Shown here piece by piece: positions 48,841 to 58,070 of a stretch of DNA of 64,000 bases (the stretch's first letter is position 1; every line of letters begins with the position of its first letter). The translations under genes and the position numbers were made by a program. The notes under the pieces are model-generated. The model worked only from the letters and a program-made list of their open reading frames with translations. It was not told the origin of the DNA and did no database searches. The DNA lies in sequence record SRR22947727_980; one strand, written 5' to 3'.

Positions 48841-49082
48841 TTACAATTCAATAATATTGAAAAAAAGTCAGAAATTAGAATGAATTAGTTGTGATGTATT
48901 TTCGCAACTGATTATAAAAAAGCTTTTTAATAAATATAATTTAGTTCTATCCTAGGGTAGCAATTATCTAAAAATTATTGTAATGAACTGATAATTATAG
49001 CGTAAATATACATTTATTACCGCTTTTCGCGCATGTTGCGCACAACTATCAAATGGTATTTTACCATTACGGAGGATATAAA

Positions 49083-50456
49083 ATGAAGTCACGGCTTCTT
49101 ATTGCAGTAGCAACAACTGCTCTGATGGCATTGCCATCACTTGCAACCGCTCATGATGAGTCAGGTTGGTACCTTAGAGGAAATGCTGGTTATGGTATTC
49201 ATACTGATATAGAACTTTCTGGTGGACTCGATACAACTGCTGGTGACGCAACTGGACTTAATAGCAAGGGCGATGTGGCTATATCACTTGGCCTTGGTTA
49301 TAATTTAGGTAACAGCTGGCGTTTGGAGTTAGATGGTGCACTTTTAAATACAGACCTTGGTTCAATCAGTGGAGTTCAAGATACATCTTCTGGTTTCAGA
49401 AGCAAATCTATTATGCTCAATGCAATTCATGACTTTGATACCAATAGTCGTTTTCAACCCTATGTAGGTGCGGGTATTGGCTTTGTTCAAGGTAATGCTG
49501 AATTTACTGCAAATGATTATGGTAACTTAGCCTCGCCTACAGTGAATCCAGTTTGTGATGGAAGTCGTGGAACAATAGCAGGTGGTCAATCTTGTAGTCT
49601 TGATGACACAGACACTGCATTTGGCTATCAGCTTTTAGCAGGTTTGGGTTATGAAATTACAGAAAATATCAAATGGGATACACAGTATCGTTATTTAGAT
49701 GCTCATGGTATGGATTTTAATGGTATAAGAGTAGCTAACACAAATAATTCAGTTAACTCCTTAGCTGTAGAGGCATCAAATGTGGGTTCGCATACAGTGA
49801 TGACTGGTTTTAGATACCTCTTTGGTCACAAGCATGAGCCAGAAGCACCACCACCACCACCACCGCCAGTTCCTGATTATCAGTGTTGGGATGGCTCAAT
49901 GGTTTTTAATGCTGGTGAATGTCCAGCTAAACCAATTCCAAAGCAAACATGTTGGGATGGCTCAATAATTCCAGAAACATCTACTTGTCCTGTGCGACCA
50001 ACATATACTTGTTGGGATGACTCAGTTGTTTATGATGAAGCTAATTGCCCTGAACAAGTTTTTTCTGAAGCAAAAAATAACATGTCTGAATTATGTTCCA
50101 TAAACAGTCATCAAGAAGTCATTTATTATGATTTTGATGAGCATAAGTCACAAGATACAGTTAAAGCGATAACAAAAATAGCTGATATCGGACAGTATTG
50201 TAGTATTGGTAAAGTCAGCGTTGTTGGTCATACAGATACTTCTGGACCATCCGCTTACAATTTGAAGTTATCAAAGCATCGTGCGTCTAACACCAAAGAA
50301 GAGTTAATTACTAAAGGTATATCCGAAGATGTTATTACGTCAGAGGGTAAAGGCGAGACAGAATTAGCTGTTGAGACTGAAAATGGGGTTAAAGAAGAAA
50401 TGAACCGCCGTACGGAGGTTTTGGTTTCATTAAGCTCATTAGGGTTAACTAACTGA
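49083..50456 (+). CDS. OmpA family outer membrane protein (beta-barrel, Pro/Cys-rich linker, peptidoglycan-binding OmpA-C domain)
   Basis: GGAGG RBS at 49071-49075; signal peptide, GWYL and PYVGAGIG barrel strands, P7 linker, VVGHTDTSG..YNLKLS..RA, GKGE, NRR. Confidence 0.92.
   Translation: MKSRLLIAVATTALMALPSLATAHDESGWYLRGNAGYGIHTDIELSGGLDTTAGDATGLNSKGDVAISLGLGYNLGNSWRLELDGALLNTDLGSISGVQDTSSGFRSKSIMLNAIHDFDTNSRFQPYVGAGIGFVQGNAEFTANDYGNLASPTVNPVCDGSRGTIAGGQSCSLDDTDTAFGYQLLAGLGYEITENIKWDTQYRYLDAHGMDFNGIRVANTNNSVNSLAVEASNVGSHTVMTGFRYLFGHKHEPEAPPPPPPPVPDYQCWDGSMVFNAGECPAKPIPKQTCWDGSIIPETSTCPVRPTYTCWDDSVVYDEANCPEQVFSEAKNNMSELCSINSHQEVIYYDFDEHKSQDTVKAITKIADIGQYCSIGKVSVVGHTDTSGPSAYNLKLSKHRASNTKEELITKGISEDVITSEGKGETELAVETENGVKEEMNRRTEVLVSLSSLGLTN
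49884..50051 (+). repeat. Three intragenic C-W-D-[GD]-S-x7-C-P repeats in the OmpA linker
   Basis: Units start at 49884, 49950 and 50010; the first two share the 17-mer TGTTGGGATGGCTCAAT; preceded by a (CCA)n Pro7 tract at 49848-49868. Confidence 0.85.
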
Positions 50457-50500
50457 TTGAGTCTAATCCGCCGGAAACATCGGTAGGAATAAAATAAATC

Positions 50501-50525
50501 AACCCCGTTTTTTCGGGGTTTTTTT
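50501..50525 (+). terminator. Rho-independent terminator after the OmpA gene
   Basis: AACCCCG-TTTTTT-CGGGGTT hairpin followed by a T run. Confidence 0.85.
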
Positions 50526-50601
50526 ATGCAATAAATCTAATGATTTAGAAACTATTTTCTGTTTATTAACTTATAAAGGTAAAATGAGGTGAGGTGCTAA
50601 T

Positions 50602-51861
50602 TTGACAAATATCAGCTTAACAAAGGCAGAGCATAGTATTCTAGAAGAGATTGGTGCTACTCAACATGAAATGTTGAGTACTGTCAAAGATTGGTCGAAT
50701 ATAAATTCAGGTAGTTATAATCATTCAGGCTTAAAAGCCATGAGGGAACGATTATCTGATAGTTTTGCATCACTTCCAGGTGAAATAAGTGAAGTCACTC
50801 TGGAAGAGGGGCAGAAAATAGATAAAAAAGGAAACATAGAGACTGTAAACTATGAACCTGCATTAAAAATATCAGTGCGCCCAAAAGCCTCAATTCAACT
50901 AGTATTAACTGGACACTACGACACTGTATTTCCAGTAAATAGTCATTTTCAAAATTATGAGACATTAGGAGTTGATATTTTAAAGGGGCCGGGCGTTGCA
51001 GATATGAAAGGTGGTATAGTTGTGATGAAAACTGCCTTACAATTTTTTGAAAGAATGCCAATTTCAAATAATATTGGCTATAATGTACTACTCAGTCCTG
51101 ATGAGGAGATAGGCTCTTTAGGTTCGGCATCTATTCTAGCAGAATTAGGAAGATTATCTCATGCTGGCCTTACTTATGAACCTTCACTTCCAGATGGATC
51201 ATTGGCTGGTGCAAGAAAGGGTAGTGGTAATTTCACATTAATTATAAAAGGTCGCGCTGCTCATGCCGGTAGAGAGCATCATTTAGGAAGGAATGCTATT
51301 GTTGCCATGGCTGAATTTATAAATGGACTAGAAAAATTAAATGGAAAACGCGAAGGGTTAACAATAAATATAGCTAAAATTGAGGGAGGGGGTCCTTCAA
51401 ATATCGTTCCGGATCTTTCTATTGGTCATTTTAATATAAGAATGCAGAAAAAAGAAGATATGCAATGGGTAAGTAGTAAAATAAATAATCTTGTTATATG
51501 CATAAATGACAAGGAAGGAATTTTCGCTCACCTTCATGGTGGTTTCACAAGACCACCTAAGCCAATGTCAGCAGCAAATGCTAGTATTTTTGAATGGGTA
51601 AAAAAGGCTGGAGATCTATTAGGACAAGAAATCAATTGGTCATCTAGTGGTGGGGTATGTGAGGGTAACAATTTATGGGCATCAGGTTGTCCAAATGTAG
51701 ATACACTTGGCGTAATTGGGGGTGAAATTCATTCTGATAGAGAGTATATGAAAATTTCTTCTTTAACAGAGAGAGCCAAACTATCGTGCACTATTCTCCT
51801 CAAAATTGCTAGTGGTGAATTTGATGCGATAAAAGCTAAAAAACTAGTTAAAAAATGTTAA
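50602..51861 (+). CDS. M20/M25/M40 family metallohydrolase heading the ast operon
   Basis: LTGHYDTV, GPGVADMKGG, SPDEEIGS, TYEP, GRAAHAG, GGEIHS metal and catalytic motifs. Confidence 0.85.
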   Translation: MTNISLTKAEHSILEEIGATQHEMLSTVKDWSNINSGSYNHSGLKAMRERLSDSFASLPGEISEVTLEEGQKIDKKGNIETVNYEPALKISVRPKASIQLVLTGHYDTVFPVNSHFQNYETLGVDILKGPGVADMKGGIVVMKTALQFFERMPISNNIGYNVLLSPDEEIGSLGSASILAELGRLSHAGLTYEPSLPDGSLAGARKGSGNFTLIIKGRAAHAGREHHLGRNAIVAMAEFINGLEKLNGKREGLTINIAKIEGGGPSNIVPDLSIGHFNIRMQKKEDMQWVSSKINNLVICINDKEGIFAHLHGGFTRPPKPMSAANASIFEWVKKAGDLLGQEINWSSSGGVCEGNNLWASGCPNVDTLGVIGGEIHSDREYMKISSLTERAKLSCTILLKIASGEFDAIKAKKLVKKC

Positions 51862-52874
51862 TTGTTCGTCCTATATGTGTAAATGACCTTGATGATATTT
51901 GTGAATTATCGCGACTTGCCGGGCCTGGATTTACATCTTTAGCGGTAAATAGAGAAGTACATAAAGCGCGTATACGGCATTCAATAAATAGTTTTTCCGA
52001 TGTTAAAAATACATTACCCCACCATTTATATACTCTAGTTTTAGAGGACACTTCCATTAATGAAGTCATTGGAATAAGTTCAATTAAAACTAATATAGGC
52101 GTAAAGGACCCTTTTTTTAATTTTCGTATTTTACAACTAGCACAGAAATCTTCTGTTACTGGTTCACGTTTCGATATGGCAGTTCTTGTTCTTGTGAATG
52201 AGTATGCAGGTTCTTCTGAGGTCGCTTCATTATTTGTTAAGAGTGAGTATAGAGGAAAAGGAGCAGGTATGCTCATTTCTCAAGCAAGGTTCATGCTTAT
52301 AGCAGCCAACGAGGAACGCTTTGGAAATAAAATCATTTCCGAATTACGTGGTCAGGTATCTGAAAATGGCGATTCTCCATTTTGGAATGCGATTGGAAAA
52401 AAGTTTTTCCGTATGGACTTTCAGAGTGCTGATGAGTTTTCAGCTGGAAAGGATAATCAGTTTATTGTTGAGTTAATGCCGAAACATCCAATATATGTAG
52501 CATTGCTTCCTGATAATGCTCAAAATGTTATTGGTAAAACACATCCAAAAGGTATTGGGGCAAAACGCTATCTCGAAGCAGAAGGTTTTAGGTATGATAA
52601 TACAGTTGACATATTTGACGCTGGGCCAACTATGGCTGTTCTAAAGAAAGATATGCGAACTCTAAATGAAAGCTTTTTGACAAGTTTATCAACTGACTCT
52701 GCTGATTTGAATTATGATATTCCAGCTTTAGTTAGTAATAACTCTTTAGCTGAATTCCGCTGCGGTTTAATAAATTTATCGAAAGTTGATAATAACTATT
52801 TTGCTAAATTTGAGGAGTTGGAATTTCTTAAAATTAATGATTTAAAAACTGCTCGTCTATGGATTAAGAAATGA
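51855..52874 (+). CDS. astA: Arginine N-succinyltransferase
   Basis: MLIVRP, AGPGFTSL, SEVASLF, ELRG..SPFWNAIG..FF.MDF..AD, VDIFDAGP. Confidence 0.93.
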   Translation: MLIVRPICVNDLDDICELSRLAGPGFTSLAVNREVHKARIRHSINSFSDVKNTLPHHLYTLVLEDTSINEVIGISSIKTNIGVKDPFFNFRILQLAQKSSVTGSRFDMAVLVLVNEYAGSSEVASLFVKSEYRGKGAGMLISQARFMLIAANEERFGNKIISELRGQVSENGDSPFWNAIGKKFFRMDFQSADEFSAGKDNQFIVELMPKHPIYVALLPDNAQNVIGKTHPKGIGAKRYLEAEGFRYDNTVDIFDAGPTMAVLKKDMRTLNESFLTSLSTDSADLNYDIPALVSNNSLAEFRCGLINLSKVDNNYFAKFEELEFLKINDLKTARLWIKK

Positions 52875-54310
52875 AAAAATCTTTATTTATAAATGGCCAA
52901 TGGATAGAAGGCACTGGCGAGTTTTTTAAATCCATAAATCCATCTGATGGTTCAGAATTATGGCAAGGAAATTCTGCCTCACATGCAGAAATTAATGCTG
53001 CATTTGATGCTGCGAAATCAGCGCACAAAGTATGGAGCTCTTTGCCATTTGTCTCGCGTAAAGCAATTGTTTTAAACTATAAAAATCTTGCATTTGAGGC
53101 AAGAAATGAAATGGCTGAATTAATATCAAAAGAAACAGGCAAACAACTTTGGGACTCAACGGGTGAGGCATCTGCTTTACCTAATAAAGTCGATATTTCC
53201 TTGTCTTCTTATTTAGATAGAACTGGAAAAGTTAATAGAGAGACCCCATTTGGTCGTGCTGAGTTACAGCACAAATCTCATGGAGTATTTGCAGTTCTTG
53301 GTCCATATAATTTTCCTGCTCACTTACCTAACGGACAAATACTTCCTGCACTAATTGCCGGAAATACTGTAGTTTTTAAACCCAGCGATCAAACACCGGG
53401 AGTTGGTGAAGCACTTATGAAATTATATGACAAGGCGGGTTTTCCAACAGGTGTTGTAAACATGGTTCAGGGTTCTGGAAAAGTGGGCAAGCTAATGTTA
53501 GATCAACCAGATTTATCAGGTGTTTTATTTACGGGTTCTGCTGAAACGGGAAGAAAAATACATAAAAAATTTGGAGGAAAACCTGAGGTAATTCTAGCAT
53601 TAGAAATGGGTGGTAATAACCCGATTATTGCTTGGGATATAGAAAATGCTGAACAAGCAACCAGCATAATTATACAATCAGCTTTTATTACTTCCGGCCA
53701 ACGTTGTACTTGTGCTCGTCGATTAATAGTGCCGGATAATAAAAAAGGTGAGGTTATTATACAATCAATCATTAAATCAATGGATAGAATAACTCTAGGT
53801 AAATGGAATGTAGAGTCTTCTATAGGTCCTGTAATTAATCAAGATGCTGCTAATAAAATAGTTCAAGATGCTAAGTCTCTCAATGGTAAAGTTTTAAGGG
53901 CTTCTACTATTTCTGATTTAGGTAGTGCTTTTGTAACCCCAGGTTTTATAGATATGACTGATGTCAAAAAGAAAGATAAAGAGATATTTGGACCAGTTTT
54001 ACAGGTTATTCGAGTTCCTGATTGGAATGCAGCAATATATGAAGCAAATGACACAAATTTTGGATTATCAGCTGGGCTTATTTCTAATAATAAAGATTTA
54101 TGGGAAAGCTTTCAGCAAAACATAAGAGCAGGAATTGTTAACTTTAATAGACCGACAACCGGTGCAGCTAGTTTTTTGCCTTTTGGAGGCCCTGGTTTTT
54201 CTGGTAATCATAACCCTGGAGCTTATTATTCGGCAGACTTTTGTGCTTGGCCAATGGCTAGTCAAATATCAGATACACCGTCAATATTAGAATTTAAAGG
54301 TTTAAGGTGA
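52871..54310 (+). CDS. astD: N-succinylglutamate 5-semialdehyde dehydrogenase
   Basis: GPYNFPAHLPNG, LALEMGGNNP, SAFITSGQRCTCARR, FGGPGFSGNHNPGAYY.AD. Confidence 0.93.
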   Translation: MKKSLFINGQWIEGTGEFFKSINPSDGSELWQGNSASHAEINAAFDAAKSAHKVWSSLPFVSRKAIVLNYKNLAFEARNEMAELISKETGKQLWDSTGEASALPNKVDISLSSYLDRTGKVNRETPFGRAELQHKSHGVFAVLGPYNFPAHLPNGQILPALIAGNTVVFKPSDQTPGVGEALMKLYDKAGFPTGVVNMVQGSGKVGKLMLDQPDLSGVLFTGSAETGRKIHKKFGGKPEVILALEMGGNNPIIAWDIENAEQATSIIIQSAFITSGQRCTCARRLIVPDNKKGEVIIQSIIKSMDRITLGKWNVESSIGPVINQDAANKIVQDAKSLNGKVLRASTISDLGSAFVTPGFIDMTDVKKKDKEIFGPVLQVIRVPDWNAAIYEANDTNFGLSAGLISNNKDLWESFQQNIRAGIVNFNRPTTGAASFLPFGGPGFSGNHNPGAYYSADFCAWPMASQISDTPSILEFKGLR

Positions 54311-54311
54311 A

Positions 54312-55637
54312 ATGGTTACTGTTGCAAACTTTGATGGTCTCATTGGGTCAACACATAATTATGCTGGATTGTCATTTGGAAATTTAGCTTCATTCGCTAA
54401 TACAGGACTTATTTCAAACCCTCATGCTGCTGCATTGCAAGGTCTAGAAAAAATGAAAAAAATGTCTGATATTGGATTATTACAAGGAGTTCTACCCCCA
54501 CACCAGCGGCCATATTTACCAATGATACGTAATTTGGGGTTTCAAGGAAATGATAACGAAATTTTCCAATCCGCTTGGAAACATTCTCCAGACTTAATGG
54601 TTAACTTTTTTTCTGCAAGTTCAATGTGGGCTGCTAACTCTGCTACAGTAAGCCCATCGTCAGATTGTAACGATAACAGACTTCATTTAACTGTAGCAAA
54701 TATGTCAGAGATGTTTCATCGGTCTATGGAAAGCAGTCAAACTTATAGGTCTTTAAAGAAGGCTTTTCCTTTTGCTAAAGTTCATGAAGCTCTTTTTAGC
54801 CATTCTTTTTTTGCCGACGAAGGCGCAGCAAACCATGTAAGATTATGTGGAGAAAAAAGTAAAAAAGGGGTTGAATTATTTGTATATGGATGTGACGCTT
54901 ATACTAAATCTAATTCAGTTTATCCCGCAAGGCAAACATACCAAGCTAGTGAAACAATAACACGTAATCATGGATTAGAAATATTACGTACAGTTTATGC
55001 AAAACAATCTGAACGAGCTATTAATGCCGGAGCATTTCATAATGATGTAGTTTGTGTGGGTGCAATGAGTACTTTATTCTATCATGAATTAGCTTTTGAA
55101 AATACAGATAAGCTCCAATCTGACATTAGAAAATCAGCTGATGGAATTTTTGAACCTATTTTTATTGAGGTTAAGGAATCTGAAATACCGCTTCAAGATG
55201 CAATAGAGTCATATTTATTTAACTCCATGCTAGTCAAAATTCCTGGTTGTGAATATTTAACCCTAATAGCACCACTTGAAGTAAAGAAAAATGAAAAGGT
55301 GGAAAGTTTTTGTGAAAATTTAGTTGCTAGCAATAATACTATAAAGGATATTTATTATGTAGACGTGCGCCAGTCCATGAGAAATGGAGGTGGGCCCGCT
55401 TGTTTAAGATTAGCTGTTCCACTTAATTCAGAAGAGAAAAAATTGGTTAACAAAAAAAATATACTGACAGAAAGTCTATATAGTGATCTAAAAATATGGA
55501 TAAATAGACATTATAGAAAAGAGATAAGCCCAAATGATTTGCGTGATGTTAATTTAATGAATGAAAGTTTTTCTGCACTCGATGAACTTACTAATATAAT
55601 GAAACTTGGTAGTGACTTTTATTTTTTTCAAAAGTGA
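54312..55637 (+). CDS. astB: N-succinylarginine dihydrolase
   Basis: NFDGLIGSTHNYAGLSFGN, SASSMWAANSATVSPS, DEGAANH, FHNDV, SMRNGGGPACLRL. Confidence 0.96.
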   Translation: MVTVANFDGLIGSTHNYAGLSFGNLASFANTGLISNPHAAALQGLEKMKKMSDIGLLQGVLPPHQRPYLPMIRNLGFQGNDNEIFQSAWKHSPDLMVNFFSASSMWAANSATVSPSSDCNDNRLHLTVANMSEMFHRSMESSQTYRSLKKAFPFAKVHEALFSHSFFADEGAANHVRLCGEKSKKGVELFVYGCDAYTKSNSVYPARQTYQASETITRNHGLEILRTVYAKQSERAINAGAFHNDVVCVGAMSTLFYHELAFENTDKLQSDIRKSADGIFEPIFIEVKESEIPLQDAIESYLFNSMLVKIPGCEYLTLIAPLEVKKNEKVESFCENLVASNNTIKDIYYVDVRQSMRNGGGPACLRLAVPLNSEEKKLVNKKNILTESLYSDLKIWINRHYRKEISPNDLRDVNLMNESFSALDELTNIMKLGSDFYFFQK

Positions 55638-55647
55638 ATGTTTATAT

Positions 55648-56967
55648 CTATTGATTAAGATCTCTAACTGTAATCTGTCGCATTTTAGCTTCTTTTTTAA
55701 AATCTAAACTTGAATATCCCAGTATATCAATATTTGAAAGTTGATCAATATTTTCAATGGCATCCATTTGTGACTCAAATTTATCTGTCCAATGAATTAG
55801 GTCAGCATAAATTGTTAAAGTGCTCAAACCATTTTTTTCAATTATAACTGGAAGCTCTGGGCTTCCTAAATATTTATGGACATCCCTATTAGACGTTAGA
55901 TAAGCTATATGTTCAATTGTTCTTAATTTACTCATGGCTATTGTGCGGTTATTTTCTTTGGCTGCTGCATTAAACAAATCTAATGCGAATGCTTTATCAG
56001 TTATTATATCCAGTGATTTAAAAAGACGTCTGCGATATTTTTTTGTATAAGTTTTATTTTTATAAAAGAAGTTTACTAAATCAGTTTCAGCTCCCCAACT
56101 CTTTAAAATTTCTTTTTCAAAATTTCTTTGTCTATGAGCATCTTCATAGCTAACAATAAATTCTGCATTATTATAATAACCAACGCCCATAAAGGCATCA
56201 CTTAAGTAATCTATACCTGCTTGCCCGGCACCAAGTTTAATGGTCGTTCCTGTGTATGCATTAGCGTAAGCGAGGCGGTCTATCTGTTTTCTATATGATT
56301 TGTTATTTGTTTCTGGATCTGTACTGAACTCAGAATGCAACCTACGTGAAGCATTATGTTTTCCAGCCAAAGAGTTAAAGCCTGACCATATATCAGTTCC
56401 TGCTTTTTTTACGCAAGTATAACCTGAACACTTTGTGCTGGCTGCACCTCTAGTAATTCTAATAATTGTAATCCCAAATTCACCAAAGCCTTTTGCCAAT
56501 TGAAAAACGGCATTTGTACTATGTTTTGGTATGAACATTACAAAATCTTCAAAGGTTTTTATCTCGCTTCCGAGTCTACCAATGGTTTTACTTACTCGAA
56601 TGGGTGTTTCTACTAAGTTTGTTGTACGATTTTTTGCTGATAATAAGATAGCAAATGCAGTTGATCGGTTCTGTAAAGCCTCGGTTGCTTGTATTTCTCT
56701 TATATAGATTTTAGTTTGCTTTGTACCTAAAACCTTTACTATTTTATTATTATTTAGAATTTCATATTCAAGCATATAGCCATTGCTAAAAGCTTGGGGC
56801 CTAACTTGATGATTAGGGCTGCTCATATAATCTTCACCAAGAAAATTAATTGCGTTTAGATACTTTGATCCTGTTAATAAGTCTTGGGAATATGATGATG
56901 GAGAATTAAATAGATATGTAATAGCAACTAAGTTTACAATGGTTTTATATATGAGTCTTATTACCAT
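55648..56967 (-). CDS. Hypothetical exported protein
   Basis: 439-aa ORF filling the gap between astB and tRNA-His; N-terminal hydrophobic signal-like segment; no motif I can assign. Confidence 0.7.
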   Translation of the reverse strand: MVIRLIYKTIVNLVAITYLFNSPSSYSQDLLTGSKYLNAINFLGEDYMSSPNHQVRPQAFSNGYMLEYEILNNNKIVKVLGTKQTKIYIREIQATEALQNRSTAFAILLSAKNRTTNLVETPIRVSKTIGRLGSEIKTFEDFVMFIPKHSTNAVFQLAKGFGEFGITIIRITRGAASTKCSGYTCVKKAGTDIWSGFNSLAGKHNASRRLHSEFSTDPETNNKSYRKQIDRLAYANAYTGTTIKLGAGQAGIDYLSDAFMGVGYYNNAEFIVSYEDAHRQRNFEKEILKSWGAETDLVNFFYKNKTYTKKYRRRLFKSLDIITDKAFALDLFNAAAKENNRTIAMSKLRTIEHIAYLTSNRDVHKYLGSPELPVIIEKNGLSTLTIYADLIHWTDKFESQMDAIENIDQLSNIDILGYSSLDFKKEAKMRQITVRDLNQ

Positions 56968-57076
56968 GAAATAAATATAGTCAAAATGATATAAAAAACC
57001 AATTAATCATTTTGTATTATTGTATCAATTATATTTTTTTATAATTATTTTTTATACTTTATATGATATTAGATAC

Positions 57077-57105
57077 TTGAAGACTTGCTCAGCTTGGTCT
57101 AGATG
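57077..57105 (+). promoter_or_regulatory. Putative sigma70 promoter of tRNA-His (TTGAAG-N17-TAGATG)
   Basis: Same architecture and spacing as the tRNA-Lys promoter; ends 16 nt before the tRNA. Confidence 0.5.
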
Positions 57106-57121
57106 GCCATACTACTATTGT

Positions 57122-57198
57122 GCCGCTTTAGCTCAGTTGGTTAGAGCGCTGGTTTGTGGAACCAGAGGTCCTCAGTTCGAGCCTGAGAAGCGGTACCA
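57122..57198 (+). tRNA. tRNA-His(GUG), alphaproteobacterial type without G-1
   Basis: Acceptor GCCGCTT/AAGCGGT, anticodon stem CTGGT/ACCAG with loop TTGTGGA, T-arm CTCAG-TTCGAGC-CTGAG, discriminator A, encoded CCA; base at -1 is T. Confidence 0.97.
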
Positions 57199-57247
57199 TT
57201 TTAGAGGTTAAAGTTAAATTATTTGATGAAAGATATTGATAATTTAG

Positions 57248-58033
57248 CTATACTGAAAACTGTTCCCTTAATATTTTTTCACTTAAGCCTTGTTCTTTAT
57301 CGAATAAGAGAGTTAAGGATGTTTTTTTATCTTGTGAAATTTTTACATGAGTTATATTCCGAATTTCCATATTATCTGCTGAAGCAGCAACAGGTCTTTT
57401 TTCAGCATCTAAAACTTCAAATTCTACATTTCTATCGGCATTTAAAAGAGCGCCACGCCATCTTCTTGGTCTGAATGCGCTTATAGGTGTCAGCGCTAAA
57501 ATATGAGCTGTTTGTGGTACTACGGGTCCATGAGCAGAGAGATTGTAAGCAGTGGAGCCAGTGGGAGTTGCAAGTAAAACTCCATCGGCAATCAAGCATT
57601 CTAGCCGTGTTTTTTTATCAACTTTAATTTTTATATGTGCTGCTTGTTGAGTTTGCCTGTATAGTGAAACTTCATTAAAAGCTAGCTCTTCAAATGTTCC
57701 GCCCACGCCTTTAGCTACCATTTTTAAGGGTTTAACTGTGGTCGGTTCTGCTGCAGATAATCTAGAAATTAAATTATTTTCGTTGAATTCATTCATTAGG
57801 AAGCCAATAGTTCCTTTATTCATTCCATAAACGGGAAGTCCTCTTCGTATTAGAGTCATGTATCTTCTAAGTGTACGCAGCATAAACCCATCTCCTCCTA
57901 GAGCGATTATAGCATCAGCGTTAGCTGCATCATGATTACCATACTTCTCTATTAAGGATTCACGAGCAGATTTTGCTTCTTTTCTTTCAGTACTAACAAA
58001 AGCTAACTTTTCAAATTTTTTTTCTTTAGTCAC
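57248..58033 (-). CDS. nadK: NAD kinase
   Basis: ALGGDGFML, GTIGFLMN, AFNE, DGVLLATPTGSTAYNLSAHGP. Confidence 0.96.
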   Translation of the reverse strand: MTKEKKFEKLAFVSTERKEAKSARESLIEKYGNHDAANADAIIALGGDGFMLRTLRRYMTLIRRGLPVYGMNKGTIGFLMNEFNENNLISRLSAAEPTTVKPLKMVAKGVGGTFEELAFNEVSLYRQTQQAAHIKIKVDKKTRLECLIADGVLLATPTGSTAYNLSAHGPVVPQTAHILALTPISAFRPRRWRGALLNADRNVEFEVLDAEKRPVAASADNMEIRNITHVKISQDKKTSLTLLFDKEQGLSEKILREQFSV

Positions 58034-58070
58034 TATTACTCCAAATTTTCTTTCGTAGTATTTTATAGTT

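Noticed and set aside
48672-48854. 60-aa ORF after tgt
   Set aside because: Overlaps the tRNA-Lys gene and its promoter; spurious.
48841-57247. Possible genomic island bounded by tRNA-Lys and tRNA-His
   Set aside because: No integrase, no duplicated tRNA 3' end seen, and the content (ompA, ast genes) looks native.
57020-57474. 63-aa and 83-aa plus-strand ORFs
   Set aside because: One spans tRNA-His and the other is antisense to NAD kinase.
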